In this document: positions 44,101-53,551 of the stretch, in pieces | Layout of the letters: every line of letters starts with the position of its first letter | How positions within the stretch are numbered: the first letter of the stretch is position 1 | Source: Nemertoderma westbladi | Taxonomy: Eukaryota; Animalia; Xenacoelomorpha | Assembly: GCA_032718475.1 (NCBI GenBank) | Contig: JAUCBJ010006027.1 | Coordinates: forward strand, 1 to 53,551 | DNA length: 53,551 bases | Direction: 5' to 3' | The notes under the pieces: generated by a model | The model's database searches: none | Told to the model about the DNA's origin: nothing | What the model saw: only the letters and a program-made list of their open reading frames with translations | Made by a program: the position numbers and the translations under genes

Positions 44101-47100
44101 AGTCAGTTAGCCATTCAGTTCCCCACCCAATACCAGTCAGTTAGCCATTCAGTTCCCCACCCAATACCAGTCAGTTAGCCATTCAGTTTTCCACCCAATA
44201 CCAGTCAGTTAGCCATTCAGTTCCCCACCCAATACCAGTCAGTTAGCCATTCAGTTTTCCACCCAATACCAGTCAGTTAGCCATTCAGTTTTCCACCCAA
44301 TACCAGTCAGTTAGCCATTCAGTTCCCCACCCAATACCAGTCAGTTAGCCATTCAGTTTTCCAACCAATACCAGTCAGTTAGCCATTCAGTTTTCCACCC
44401 AATACCAGTCAGTTAGCCATTCAGTTCCCCACCCAATACCAGTCAGTTAGCCATTCAGTTCCCCACCCAATACCAGTCAGTTAGCCATTCAGTTCCCCAC
44501 CCAATACCAGTCAGTTAGCCATTCAGTTCCCCACCCAATACCAGTCAGTTAGCCATTCAGTTCCCCACCCAATACCAGTCAGTTAGCCATTCAGTTTTCC
44601 ACCCAATACCAGTCAGTTAGCCATTCAGTTCCCCACCCAATACCAGTCAGTTAGCCATTCAGTTTTCCACCCAATACCAGTCAGTGTGTTAGCCATTCAG
44701 TTTTCCACCCAATACCAGTCAGTTAGCCATTCAGTTCCCCACCCAATACCAGTCATTTAGCGATTCAGTTTTCCACCCAATACCAGTCAGTTAGCCAATC
44801 AGTTTCCCTCCCAATACCAGTCAGTTAGCCAATCAGTTCCCCACCCAATACCAGTCAGTTAGCCATTCAGTTTTCCACCCAATACCAGTCAGTTAGACAT
44901 TCAGTTCCCCACCCAATATAATAAATGTACTAGTCATTTAGCGATTCAGTTTTCCACCCAATACCAGTCAGTTAGCCAATCAGTTTCCCTCCCAATACCA
45001 AGTCAGTTAGCCATTCAGTTCCCCACCCAATACCAGTCAGTTAGCCATTCAGTTTTCCACCTAATACCAGTCAGTTAGCCATTCAGTTTTCCACCCAATA
45101 CCAGTCAGTTAGCCATTCAGTTTTCAACCCAATACCAGTCAGTTAGCCATTCAGTTCCCCACCCAATACCAGTCAGTTAGCTATTCAGTTTTGCACCCAA
45201 TACCAGTCAGTTAGCTATTCAGTTTTGCACCCAATACCAGTCAGTTAGCTATTCAGTTTTGCACCCAATACCAGTCAGTTAGCTATTCAGTTTTCCACCC
45301 AATACCAGTCAGTTAGCTATTCAGTTTTCCACCCAATACCAGTCAGTTAGCTATTCAGTTTTGCACCCAATACCAGTCAGTTAGCTATTCAGTTTTCCAC
45401 CCAATACCAGTCAGTGTGTTAGCCATTCAGTTTTCCACCCAATACCAGTCAGTGTGTTAGCCATTCAGTTTTCCACCCAATACCAGTCAGTTAGCTATTC
45501 AGTTTTCCACCCAATACCAGTCAGTTAGCCATTCAGTTTCCCTCTCAATACCAGTCAGTGTGTTAGCCATTCAGTATTCCACCCAATACCAGTCAGTGTG
45601 TTAGCCATTCAGTTTTCCACCCAATACCAGTCAGTTAGCTATTCAGTTTTCCACCCAATACCAGTCAGTTAGCCATTCAGTTTCCCCCCCAATACCAGTC
45701 AGTCTGTTAGCCATCAGTTTTCCAACCAATATCTGTCAGTGTGTTAGCCATTCAGTTTTCCACCCAATACCAGTCAGTTAGCTATTCAGTTTTCCACCCA
45801 ATACCAGTCAGTTAGCCATTCAGTTTCCCTCCCAATACCAGTCAGTCTGTTAGCCATTCAGTTTTCCACCCAATGCCAGTCAGCCTGTTAGCCATTCAGT
45901 TTTCCACCCAATACCAGTCAGTTAGCTATTCAGTTTTCCACCCAATACCAGTCAGTTAGCCATTCAGTTTTCCACCCAATACCAGTCAGTTAGCCATTCA
46001 GTTTTCCACCTAATACCAGTCAGTTAGTCATTCAGTTTTCCACCCAATACCAGTCAGTTAGCCATTCAGTTTTCCACCAAATGCCAGTAAGTTAGCCTAA
46101 TACCAGTTAGTTTCCCACCCAGTACCAGTCAGTCAGTTAGCCATTCAGTTTTCCACCCAATACCAGTCAGTTAGCCATTCAGTTTTCCACCCAATACCAG
46201 TCAGTTAGCTTTTCAGTTTCCCACCACATGCCAGTAAGTTAACCTAATACCAGTCATTTTCCCACCCAATACCAGTCAGTATGTTAGCCATTCAGTCTCC
46301 CACCCAATACAAGTCAATTAGCCAATCAGTTTTCTAGTGTCAGTAATTTATCCATTATGTCTAATAGTGTCAGTCACTTAGCTATTATGTATACCACCCA
46401 ATAGTAGTCACTTCGCCCTTCTGTTTCACACCCCCATAGCAGTCACTTAGCCATTATGTCTCCACCCCATAGCAGTCACTTAGCCATTATGTCTCCACCC
46501 CATAGTAGTCACTTAGCCATTATGTCTCCACCCCATAGCAGTCACTTAGCTATTATGTCTCCACCCATAGCAGTCACTTAGCCATTATGTCTCCACACCA
46601 TAGCAGTCACTTAGCCATTGTCTCCCATCCTAGTCACTTAACCATCTTGTCTCCCACCAAATAGCAGTCAGACAGACATTCAGTTTCCTAGTGTCAGACA
46701 GTTTAAACACGACCGTTTGAAGTTGTTGTAGCTTCAGGTGAATGTTTCCATGAAATTCTTCTTCTTTGATGATGAAGTAGAGACCCTAACGGAAGAGTCG
46801 CCGCCACTTAAGTAAAACTAATTACCAATAATTCAATTAATAAATAAGTAGATCACCCGGATGTTATAAAGCCACAACAAATTATTAGAAAAGGGTAGCC
46901 ATAATTTATATCACGGTGAAAAAAACCAACTGTGCTTACTATAAATACAACAATTGTTTGGGAGACTCAAATTTCTAACAACAAGATTTTTTCATTGTGT
47001 TTAAATAAAAATTATTTTGTATAAATTTATTTCCAGAGAAAAACTAAACTAAGGCAACTTTTAGCGTATTCACGTTTGTTGGACATTTTGTCAATTATAT

Positions 47101-48410
47101 TGAACAACTGAACCAAAAAACCGATCGACTCACTCTCTGAAATCGTCTTCCATTTTCTTTGTGTATAAAATTTCAATCAGTTGAACATCACAGATGCTAT
47201 ATATTTATATTATATTTGATACTGCAGGGAAATTCTATTCCGTATCCCAGAAATAATATTGGAATTATTATTCTCTACATTCACAAATACGTTCACTTGG
47301 AACTAAGCAATATATGTTCTGAGCCACAATGTGTAGGGTGTTATGGTGGAGAAATCAGCCCAAGAGAGAGACAATATTGGTTGGACCGAACGAATGTTTA
47401 GCACTTTCTATGTTATGGCAAGGGATTGGGTAGAGCTACTGGGTATAATCTATCTACCATGCGGTAGGCTGTGTGTGTGGTATATGGGAACTGCCTTGCC
47501 AATACAGCAATGGTACAAAGGCCAATGGGATTGGTCGCCCTAGCAACATTGGCTGGCTCTATCTATATCTCTATGTATTCGGTTGATAAGAAGTGTGGAT
47601 TGTAAATGCCATTCAACATCGTTGTATTGTGCATCATAGCTTTAATGGGAATGAAGGCCCAATGAGCAATGAACTATAAATTTACCAACGTGGCAGCAGT
47701 AAGTTATTTCCAAGTATTATTAATGCTCAGCTCAGCAGGCGCCAGGCTTTTATGTAAGTAACGGTTATTCATAATGATATGATAATGAATTAGTTAATGT
47801 TTGCTGAAAATAAATGAGGTACCGACCGGTACGCATGTCTGTCTTATTTAAGAATTTGGCGACAAAAGGGAATATCCTCAAATTATTGCTTGTGTGGGGG
47901 GGGGGGGGGGAATTTTGCATTCCATTTCAAATTAACATTCCAATGAAGCGACAAATACAAGTTTTTCCGACCACTACTGTTTGAAAAATGCGCACAGATA
48001 ATACAAATGAATAATATACCCGCACCTTGAAAAAAAAACACATTTTTGCTCTACAATAAAACTGAGCCGTATATGCATTCCCTCACGTGGAAAAATTACG
48101 ATATATAAGTAACAGACCTTGACGTCTTTTCTGCGGATCTATTTTCTTCAGCCGATGCCGTAGATGGTGCGTGCGATGTCGTAGAAGTCGCCGACGTAAT
48201 ACTTCTTGACCCCGTTGCGTCGCTATCGGAAACAATTTCGTCGCCGAGCACGGCACTATCGCAGTCTTCTTTAAAGCCTGACCGACCATGTACAAATGAG
48301 TTTGATATTTCTTGTGAGGTATCATAATTCAAGGTAAAGTCATTATTGGGAATTTGGGCATTCATACCTCCCACAGGTGCGTTTACCGGTACATCAACAC
48401 CGGTGGACAT
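27705..48410 (-). CDS. ZC3H4: ZC3H4/ZC3H6/ZC3H8-family (Su(sable)-like) CCCH zinc-finger protein, 13-exon model, ~1,449 aa
   Basis: Hand-spliced GT-AG exons, all phase compatible: 48410-48118, 41371-41182, 37386-37297, 34906-34814, 34551-34460, 34253-34052, 33370-33131, 32969-32785, 32466-32102, 31904-31670, 30812-30172, 29772-29518, 29173-27705 (4,350 nt). Three CCCH fingers including ELCKYYLEGHC..CPYLH..PCKFFH...C..GDKCKFSHEALT; N-terminal EEGEL; K/R/H-rich tract; C-terminal DPR motifs. Exon 1 is the least certain. Confidence 0.82.
29518..29772 (-). CDS. ZC3H4-like exon 12
   Basis: ttag acceptor, ENQLHIDTGES..KAIEFFSRLSEK, AG/GTTTGT donor; phase 1 to 1. Confidence 0.7.
30172..30812 (-). 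CDS. ZC3H4-like exon 11 (RG-rich)
   Basis: ctctctag acceptor, GC-rich open frame, AG/GTAAGT donor. Confidence 0.82.
31670..31904 (-). CDS. ZC3H4-like exon 10
   Basis: tttcag acceptor, LMQNEDFY.., AG/GTATGT donor. Confidence 0.78.
32102..32466 (-). CDS. ZC3H4-like exon 9 (CCCH fingers 2 and 3)
   Basis: tttttgcag acceptor; TELCKYYLEGHCQRGDDGKCPYLHLTYPCKFFHTNATCYAGDKCKFSHEALT; GTGAGT donor. Confidence 0.9.
32785..32969 (-). CDS. ZC3H4-like exon 8 (second half of CCCH finger 1)
   Basis: ttttcccag acceptor, GDTCNFKH.., GTGAGT donor. Confidence 0.82.
33131..33370 (-). CDS. ZC3H4-like exon 7 (RD/RS-rich, first half of CCCH finger 1)
   Basis: ttccag acceptor, ..SVCRHFSNRGFCER, GTAAGT donor. Confidence 0.85.
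33480..33662 (+). repeat. Dispersed short repeat family, copy 2
   Basis: Shares blocks with 17620-17815 and 50855-51065. Confidence 0.7.
33662..33880. repeat. C-rich low-complexity tract (cccctctgcaccc-type units)
   Basis: Long C runs; the transcribed minus strand is G-rich with many GGG+ runs. Confidence 0.85.
34052..34253 (-). CDS. ZC3H4-like exon 6
   Basis: ctatag acceptor, YTPYGPMMMPMM.., GTTAGT donor giving phase 0. Confidence 0.72.
34460..34551 (-). CDS. ZC3H4-like exon 5
   Basis: ttcttacag acceptor, KSSTPEAMSPPRPNMYHPM.., GTTAGT donor. Confidence 0.75.
34616..34820. repeat. 51-52-bp tandem repeat, ~4 copies, overlapping the exon 4 splice donor
   Basis: gtcgggagagctaaccaaaacaataaacccctag(g)tagacctaccgatcggc. 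Confidence 0.9.
34814..34906 (-). CDS. ZC3H4-like exon 4
   Basis: ttcttatag acceptor, EDGAADDDDKP..RRKSKKKRRRRS, G/GTAGGT donor. Confidence 0.8.
35092..37110. repeat. 20-bp intronic satellite, ~100 copies
   Basis: Unit aatattgagttagctaagcc; a recurring aaatatggagattgctaa variant marks 167-222-bp higher-order blocks. Confidence 0.98.
37297..37386 (-). CDS. ZC3H4-like exon 3 (basic/His-rich, NLS-like)
   Basis: tttgttttag acceptor, ELGEEKPKKKKRKQKRHRHHHHGDKDKHNS, G/GTGCGT donor. Confidence 0.8.
37490..41180. repeat. Composite 26/29/36-bp intronic minisatellite
   Basis: Core atactgtaacggttagcggtggccct (26 bp) followed by nothing, aat, or atcttctaat. Confidence 0.98.
41182..41371 (-). CDS. ZC3H4-like exon 2 (EEGEL motif)
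   Basis: tcttacag acceptor, SERRTVEEQEE..METNGGDQEEGELTDQEEE.., AG/GTATTA donor. Confidence 0.8.
43965..46335. repeat. 34-bp minisatellite, ~70 copies
   Basis: Unit cagtcagttagccattcagtt(cc/tt)ccacccaatac; variants with a 4-bp gtgt/ctgt insertion accumulate towards the right. Confidence 0.97.
46370..46670. repeat. 33-bp related repeat, ~9 copies
   Basis: Unit cagtcacttagccattatgtctccaccccatag, a diverged relative of the adjacent 34-mer. Confidence 0.85.
48118..48410 (-). CDS. Putative first coding exon of the ZC3H4-like gene
   Basis: ATG in an aaaatATG context; S/T/D-rich open frame; the AG/GTCTGT donor is phase 2, matching the phase-2 acceptor at 41371. No homology support. Confidence 0.55.
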
Positions 48411-50854
48411 ATTTTATTTTGTATGGTACTACAGAAGTGTGATATTTCAATAGACTGATGGCGGAATGTGTCTGTCAGTATGCAGGCTAGCAGCAGGCAG
48501 GAATGCAGATTGAGTAATTCCGTGCTGTGTTAAACCGTATCGGCAATGCCACTACACAAACAACAGATGAATCGTGATAAAATTTAAATATTTTCCAAAA
48601 CTATCTTGCACCCGTTTTTTCAATAAGAAACTCATTTTTGGAACGAAATTGTGATTTAATTTGAAAATAGGTCGATTTTTTGAAGTCCAATATACAGGCT
48701 GATTTGGAATAAGCCAGTAGCCCGAATTCCAATTCCTTTACAATTACAAATTGACATCCTAATTTCACTACGACAGCATACCCTGCAAAAACTAATGTAG
48801 TATCATTTTTAACGATAAAAATGTATCTATGAAATATTAACACCTCAACTGCCGCAATGTCGATTGTCTAAAAAGAAGACATGATCACATTATACATAGT
48901 TTTTGAAGAGCGTGGAACTAAATTTAACATTTGACAACAGCGAGCAAAAACCCAACTCTAAGTTTCTTATTAAAAAAAAACACGGAGCAATACCGACTGT
49001 ACAATATGAGAAAGCCTATATTAACTGATTATTAGTAATGCAGCACATCGGCCATTACAACAAAAGTAATAGGGTCATTCATACCATAACGGTTTATCTA
49101 TTCCTAACCAGTCAGTCAACGACGGGATTTAGCGCATATGGTACAGGTACACCGATGTGGCAGTAATTAATTATGATGACCCTGTATGCCTGTATTCTTA
49201 TTACCCCACAAATCAAACGTAGGAATTGTTGAATGACACCTCTATAACTCTTGAAGGTTAACAAAGACTCGCGCATGCACAAGAATGTCAATAGTATTTA
49301 AATATGCGTTCATATAGCGATGATTTATGTCACAATTCTATCCGCATGCAATATGCACAAGGACTATTTCCAGAAATATGTTATGTCCATGGTAACAAAA
49401 CTGTCAGTGAAATGCTGAAATCCGGCCTGCCCTTGAGTATTACATGTATATTAATTAATTACTTAACACCACCATGCGGTCACTAGCAAAATCTTAAATA
49501 AACAATGGGAGCAGATTTTGCTATGAAGATGACAGGGAGTTGTACTACAGTAGTGACACGAAGTCTCTCTAACATTATTTTCCCTTTTACTAATTTGCTA
49601 TTTTTTTTAAACGAAATTCAGATGTCCATCGGTGAGGTGCGGCTTATGCAAGATTACGGTGTAATGGGGAGATGATAACATGTATTGTGACGCAAAGTTA
49701 CAAAAAAGCGAAAGCAACACTTTGTTTCAAAATTACATCTTATTTAAATCCTCCCGACGGACATTAGTCAACTGTTAAAGCTTAAATTAAATATGTGTTT
49801 TCATTTTTTTTCAACTTTGATCGCAATGGGTGTTCGAAAATAAAATGAGATAGAATTCAGCAAAAATTAATGTCCGCGATGAAATATTTTGTTGTCTTAG
49901 ATAATTTTTAAGAACATAGGCCAACATTTTGTTTAGAATTTTTTTTAATTTAATCACTAAATTACGTATTTCCTTCCGCCTTCCCGGTTTCTGTTTTCAA
50001 ACAAAATAAAGAATTACGTTATCATGTACAGAACCGGTATCATATTAATTCATCAATAATTACTGCACCCGGACACGGTGTTATGTCCGTCCAAGGTCCC
50101 GTCAACGGCCCACCCCGATGATATTCGAAGATATTCGATAACCTCGGAAGTCAGACAGACACCAATATCATTTCATTAGGGGCCTACTGTAAAAACTCTC
50201 CGCTGTTATCACTATAATAGCAAATAATTTACAATTCATGTCCTCAAACGAAAGCAAGCGTGAGCTATCCTGGTTACAAAAGAATGTGTTTCAATTTTCC
50301 CTTATACAGTGGTTTGCTTGTGCAAATTAGCAAACCCCGATAATTTCGTTTCTTATTTTGTTGCCTTTTCACTGTATAGTGAACCTCCCCGCCGTAGTTT
50401 TATACGGCTACGATCAGTTATTAGTGTTTTAGCTGACATATCACAATAATAAGATATTAACAAAAAATGCTTAAAACAAAATTAACGAAGAATTAATTTA
50501 ATTAATTTGATACATTAATCTAAGTAGTGTATTGAATTGCGGTTAATGTTAATTCACGTTTGACCTTGTTTATTATTAGAAATTGTCAATTTATGACCAA
50601 AACAGATGTTTGCACTTTATGTGGAATCAGTTTGTGTTGTGCAATTGAGTTGTTGCATTTCAATATCGATTATTTACAGTGAGGACGAGTTTAAAGATCA
50701 AGAGAAAGTGGGAACATGACGAGTTTAAAGCGGGAACATACAGTCCGTCTACCACGATGTGGAATATGTTAGTAGGCCTATATTACGTCATCTATTACTA
50801 CCTGGACTCGGTGCCCTCTGGTTGTGCCCATTACTACAAGGAGACGGGTCTCAG

Positions 50855-51065
50855 GGTAATCAAAATGAATTCCTCTCCTTGGGAAAATCGACATTACAGC
50901 TGATTACTCATAAAAATTAAACCATAATACTGTAACCAGTTCTATTGACTTTAATTTATTGTTTTGGTTAGAATAACGCGCCACTGCAATCAGCTCCTGC
51001 CCCAAAATTGATAATTTATCATTGAGAAGAGATATTAATTCGACGAGACGGGATTTGAGTCCAGT
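50855..51065 (+). repeat. Dispersed short repeat family, copy 3
   Basis: Shares blocks with 17620-17815 and 33480-33662, including gatattaattcg..g.gacgggatt..gtccag. Confidence 0.7.
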
Positions 51066-51187
51066 TCCCCCTCCTTTTCGGTATATCTAACTAAGTAAAA
51101 TTCATTATTATTAATTATATTATACAGCCTAGCCCAACCCCGGCTTTCATCCGTCAGTGGTCGATAAATGGGAACCAAGGCAACTTG

Positions 51188-51311
51188 GGAAACAGAGTAG
51201 AAGGGTTTACTGTGGAAGATCACCCATGGTGGTGAACAGGCATTCCTTTAGGAAACAGAGTAGAAGGGTTTACTGTGGAAGATCACCCATGGTGGTGGAC
51301 AGGCATTCCTT
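51188..51311. repeat. 63-bp-period direct duplication, 2 copies
   Basis: ggaaacagagtagaagggtttactgtggaagatcacccatggtggtg(a/g)acaggcattcctt at 51188 and 51251. Confidence 0.9.
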
Positions 51312-52646
51312 GGCTTAACGAGCCTAAAAGATTCTCCCATTCATTATTATTAATTATAGTTCATGTGATTATTTCAGATAATTATGACGATCAGCCCTTG
51401 ATTAGCAGCTATTTTTCTTGCATTATACTCTCACTCTCATACTAAAGCTGTAGTCTTTCGTAGTTTCGAGATTGAAAAATAAAAAAATTATAGTTTAATT
51501 TCTCACTCGAAATTATAATAACATTTATTAAAGAGTCATACAACACATAATACCGGTAAACAAATCAAATAACGTAAGAATAATACCGCACTTAAAAAAA
51601 TATATAAAAACGAGACATATTCCGAGAGCATCAGTAAGTATAGGATATCGGATATCAAGAAAATATAATATTATGTCGAATTAAATATCTCAATTGTTAC
51701 GTTGTTAGCGCGGTCTATGTTTTAATTTGGTATATTTGGTAGAAACAGGTACTTAGATGTTATCATTCGATTACATTGCACAGAAATATCACCACAATGA
51801 CAAACCATCAATATCGCTCTAAACATTTTCAATATCTCATAAAACAGAAAATAGTAATGATACTTCTTTACTTGGAACATTGCACGATTATTAATGTTAA
51901 GAATACAACGCATTAATTTATTGCAAACACGGTAAATCTGATGACTTTTGCAAACGGAACGCAAAGTCAACAAACAAAAGCCAAACTAACAATAATCGTT
52001 CTTAATACTTATAGGCCTAATTATCTTTATGAAATAGAAGGCCTAAATGGTACGAAACTGCACTGTCAGACTGTATACAAAACATCAAAAGCAACAATAG
52101 AATTAGACTGTAGGCAAAGAGCAAATTACCAGACAACAGGAATAGATCCGAGCACCTTCAAAGGTAATTGCAAAAGTCACATATTTCGCTAATTATTGCC
52201 AATAATATATAATAATATATTACACATTAGTTGTTCGAAGTCAAGTGAGTTGGTGGGAAATGAACACCTTTAAACAAAACTCAATTCAATTACAAAATCC
52301 GCAAAGAATAATAATTAATTATGGATGAATTTCAAGATTAAAATAATACAACTCTTGTTCCGACCTCAACGCGGATTGTTGCGTTGCGACATAGCAACTC
52401 AATCTCTAAGAAAATGGAAATCACTTTGCACGACACCCGGTTGCGGTGTTTTGGGATGAGTTCTATATCCCAGGATCTACCGGGTAAAAGTCGCGATGCT
52501 AAAGATAAGTCGTTATATAATTTAATAGCCTAACAGCATTAAAAATATTGCATATTAATAAAATGCTGTTTTAGTTAGTACGGTAAATTTGGTACATTAT
52601 TACAACAAACAGAGACTCTTATAGTTTAGTTTTATCACGTTGTGTT

Positions 52647-52982
52647 CTAATATCTTCCGTATCCACCACCGCCACCTCCGTAGCCACCCCCACCAGATCG
52701 CCCTCCCCCGTAACCTCCGCCCCTTCCACCGCCGCCGTCTCGCGACCCACCCTGAACGTAGCTTCCGTTCGGACCCGTTACATTCGTCGCCTTCAGTTTA
52801 CCGTTGCGATCGTCGTGCTTGCGAACGAACTCAACCCTTTCGCCCTCGCCTAGAGAACGGTAACCCTCGGCGTGCACCTGGGTTTGATGTACAAACAGAT
52901 CATCGCCGTCCTGGTCGGATGTTATAAACCCGTACCCCTTTTCACCATTAAACCATTTGCATACGCCGGTTTCTATTGCCAT
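52647..52982 (-). CDS. Cold-shock-domain protein with Gly/Tyr/Arg-rich tail, 111 aa
   Basis: GVCKWFN, RNP1 KGYGFI, RNP2 [34 protein letters not shown], then [10 protein letters not shown] repeats; single coding exon. Confidence 0.93.
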   Translation of the reverse strand: MAIETGVCKWFNGEKGYGFITSDQDGDDLFVHQTQVHAEGYRSLGEGERVEFVRKHDDRNGKLKATNVTGPNGSYVQGGSRDGGGGRGGGYGGGRSGGGGYGGGGGGYGRY

Positions 52983-53551
52983 GATTCTGTAATTTGTTAG
53001 GTAGTTTCTTACAGACGGATTATAGTTCAGTAGTTAGGCCTAATACAGTAATGACTGAATAATGTGTTGGTAGAGTTGTATTCCGGTTGAAATATTTCAG
53101 TATTTTGGGGTTAAGACCGTACTGCAGTACAGCGCATTACTGCATTAAGATGGCAAGAAACTGAATATCATCTACCGGTACTGCGGTAGGCTGGTAGGCG
53201 TATCAGATAGTAACTGTAACCGGCACAGGTCAGTTCAGAGCATACAGTAGTAGTACCAGTACGTAGGCCATGGAAGTACGGGCTAGTCCGGGGATGAGCA
53301 ATACAGGATGATTAGTTTATCTTTAGCGCGATCGGCAGGCCCGTTGTTTGTTAGCGAGGCTACAGACGGACATACGGAAGCACATATTGTCATTGTCAAG
53401 GACAAAACAGGAAAGTCAATGAATTACACGTTCGTGGGGCCTTCGCGCAGCACGAGGCCCAGTTATGAGATACAAATTAAAATTGAGCGACTGTATCACA
53501 AAATCAGGTTTTGAGAAATTTACCCACACCACCAATCAATCAAAGAAAGGG

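Noticed and set aside
41400-52600. Scattered 60-83-aa ORFs in AT-rich sequence
   Set aside because: No recognisable domains or coding-like composition, apart from the 48118-48410 candidate exon; consistent with chance.

Overview
Eukaryotic, intron-containing genomic DNA, most likely an invertebrate animal; not prokaryotic. About 40% of the window is tandem repeat. From left to right: (1) a ~9.4 kb array of a 31-bp satellite, with an inverted copy at the window edge; (2) a 1,968-bp P-element-superfamily transposon with 67-bp TIRs and an 8-bp TSD, encoding an internally deleted but in-frame THAP + C-terminal protein, inserted about 340 bp upstream of (3) an intronless 1,421-aa DNA2 nuclease/helicase with a long disordered N-terminus carrying a canonical PIP box; (4) decayed RTE-like and CR1-like LINEs, the CR1 carrying a 2A-like DIHPNPGP motif; (5) a fold-back element plus 32-bp and 41-bp tandem arrays; (6) a minus-strand ZC3H4/ZC3H6-family CCCH zinc-finger gene that I reconstruct by hand as 13 phase-compatible exons (~1,449 aa), with three introns holding different kilobase-scale satellites; (7) a short cold-shock-domain/glycine-rich gene that looks more like plant/protist CSPs than animal Y-box or Lin28. 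Most ORFs in the supplied track are artefacts of the satellites. Family calls come from motif recognition only; no database search was run.
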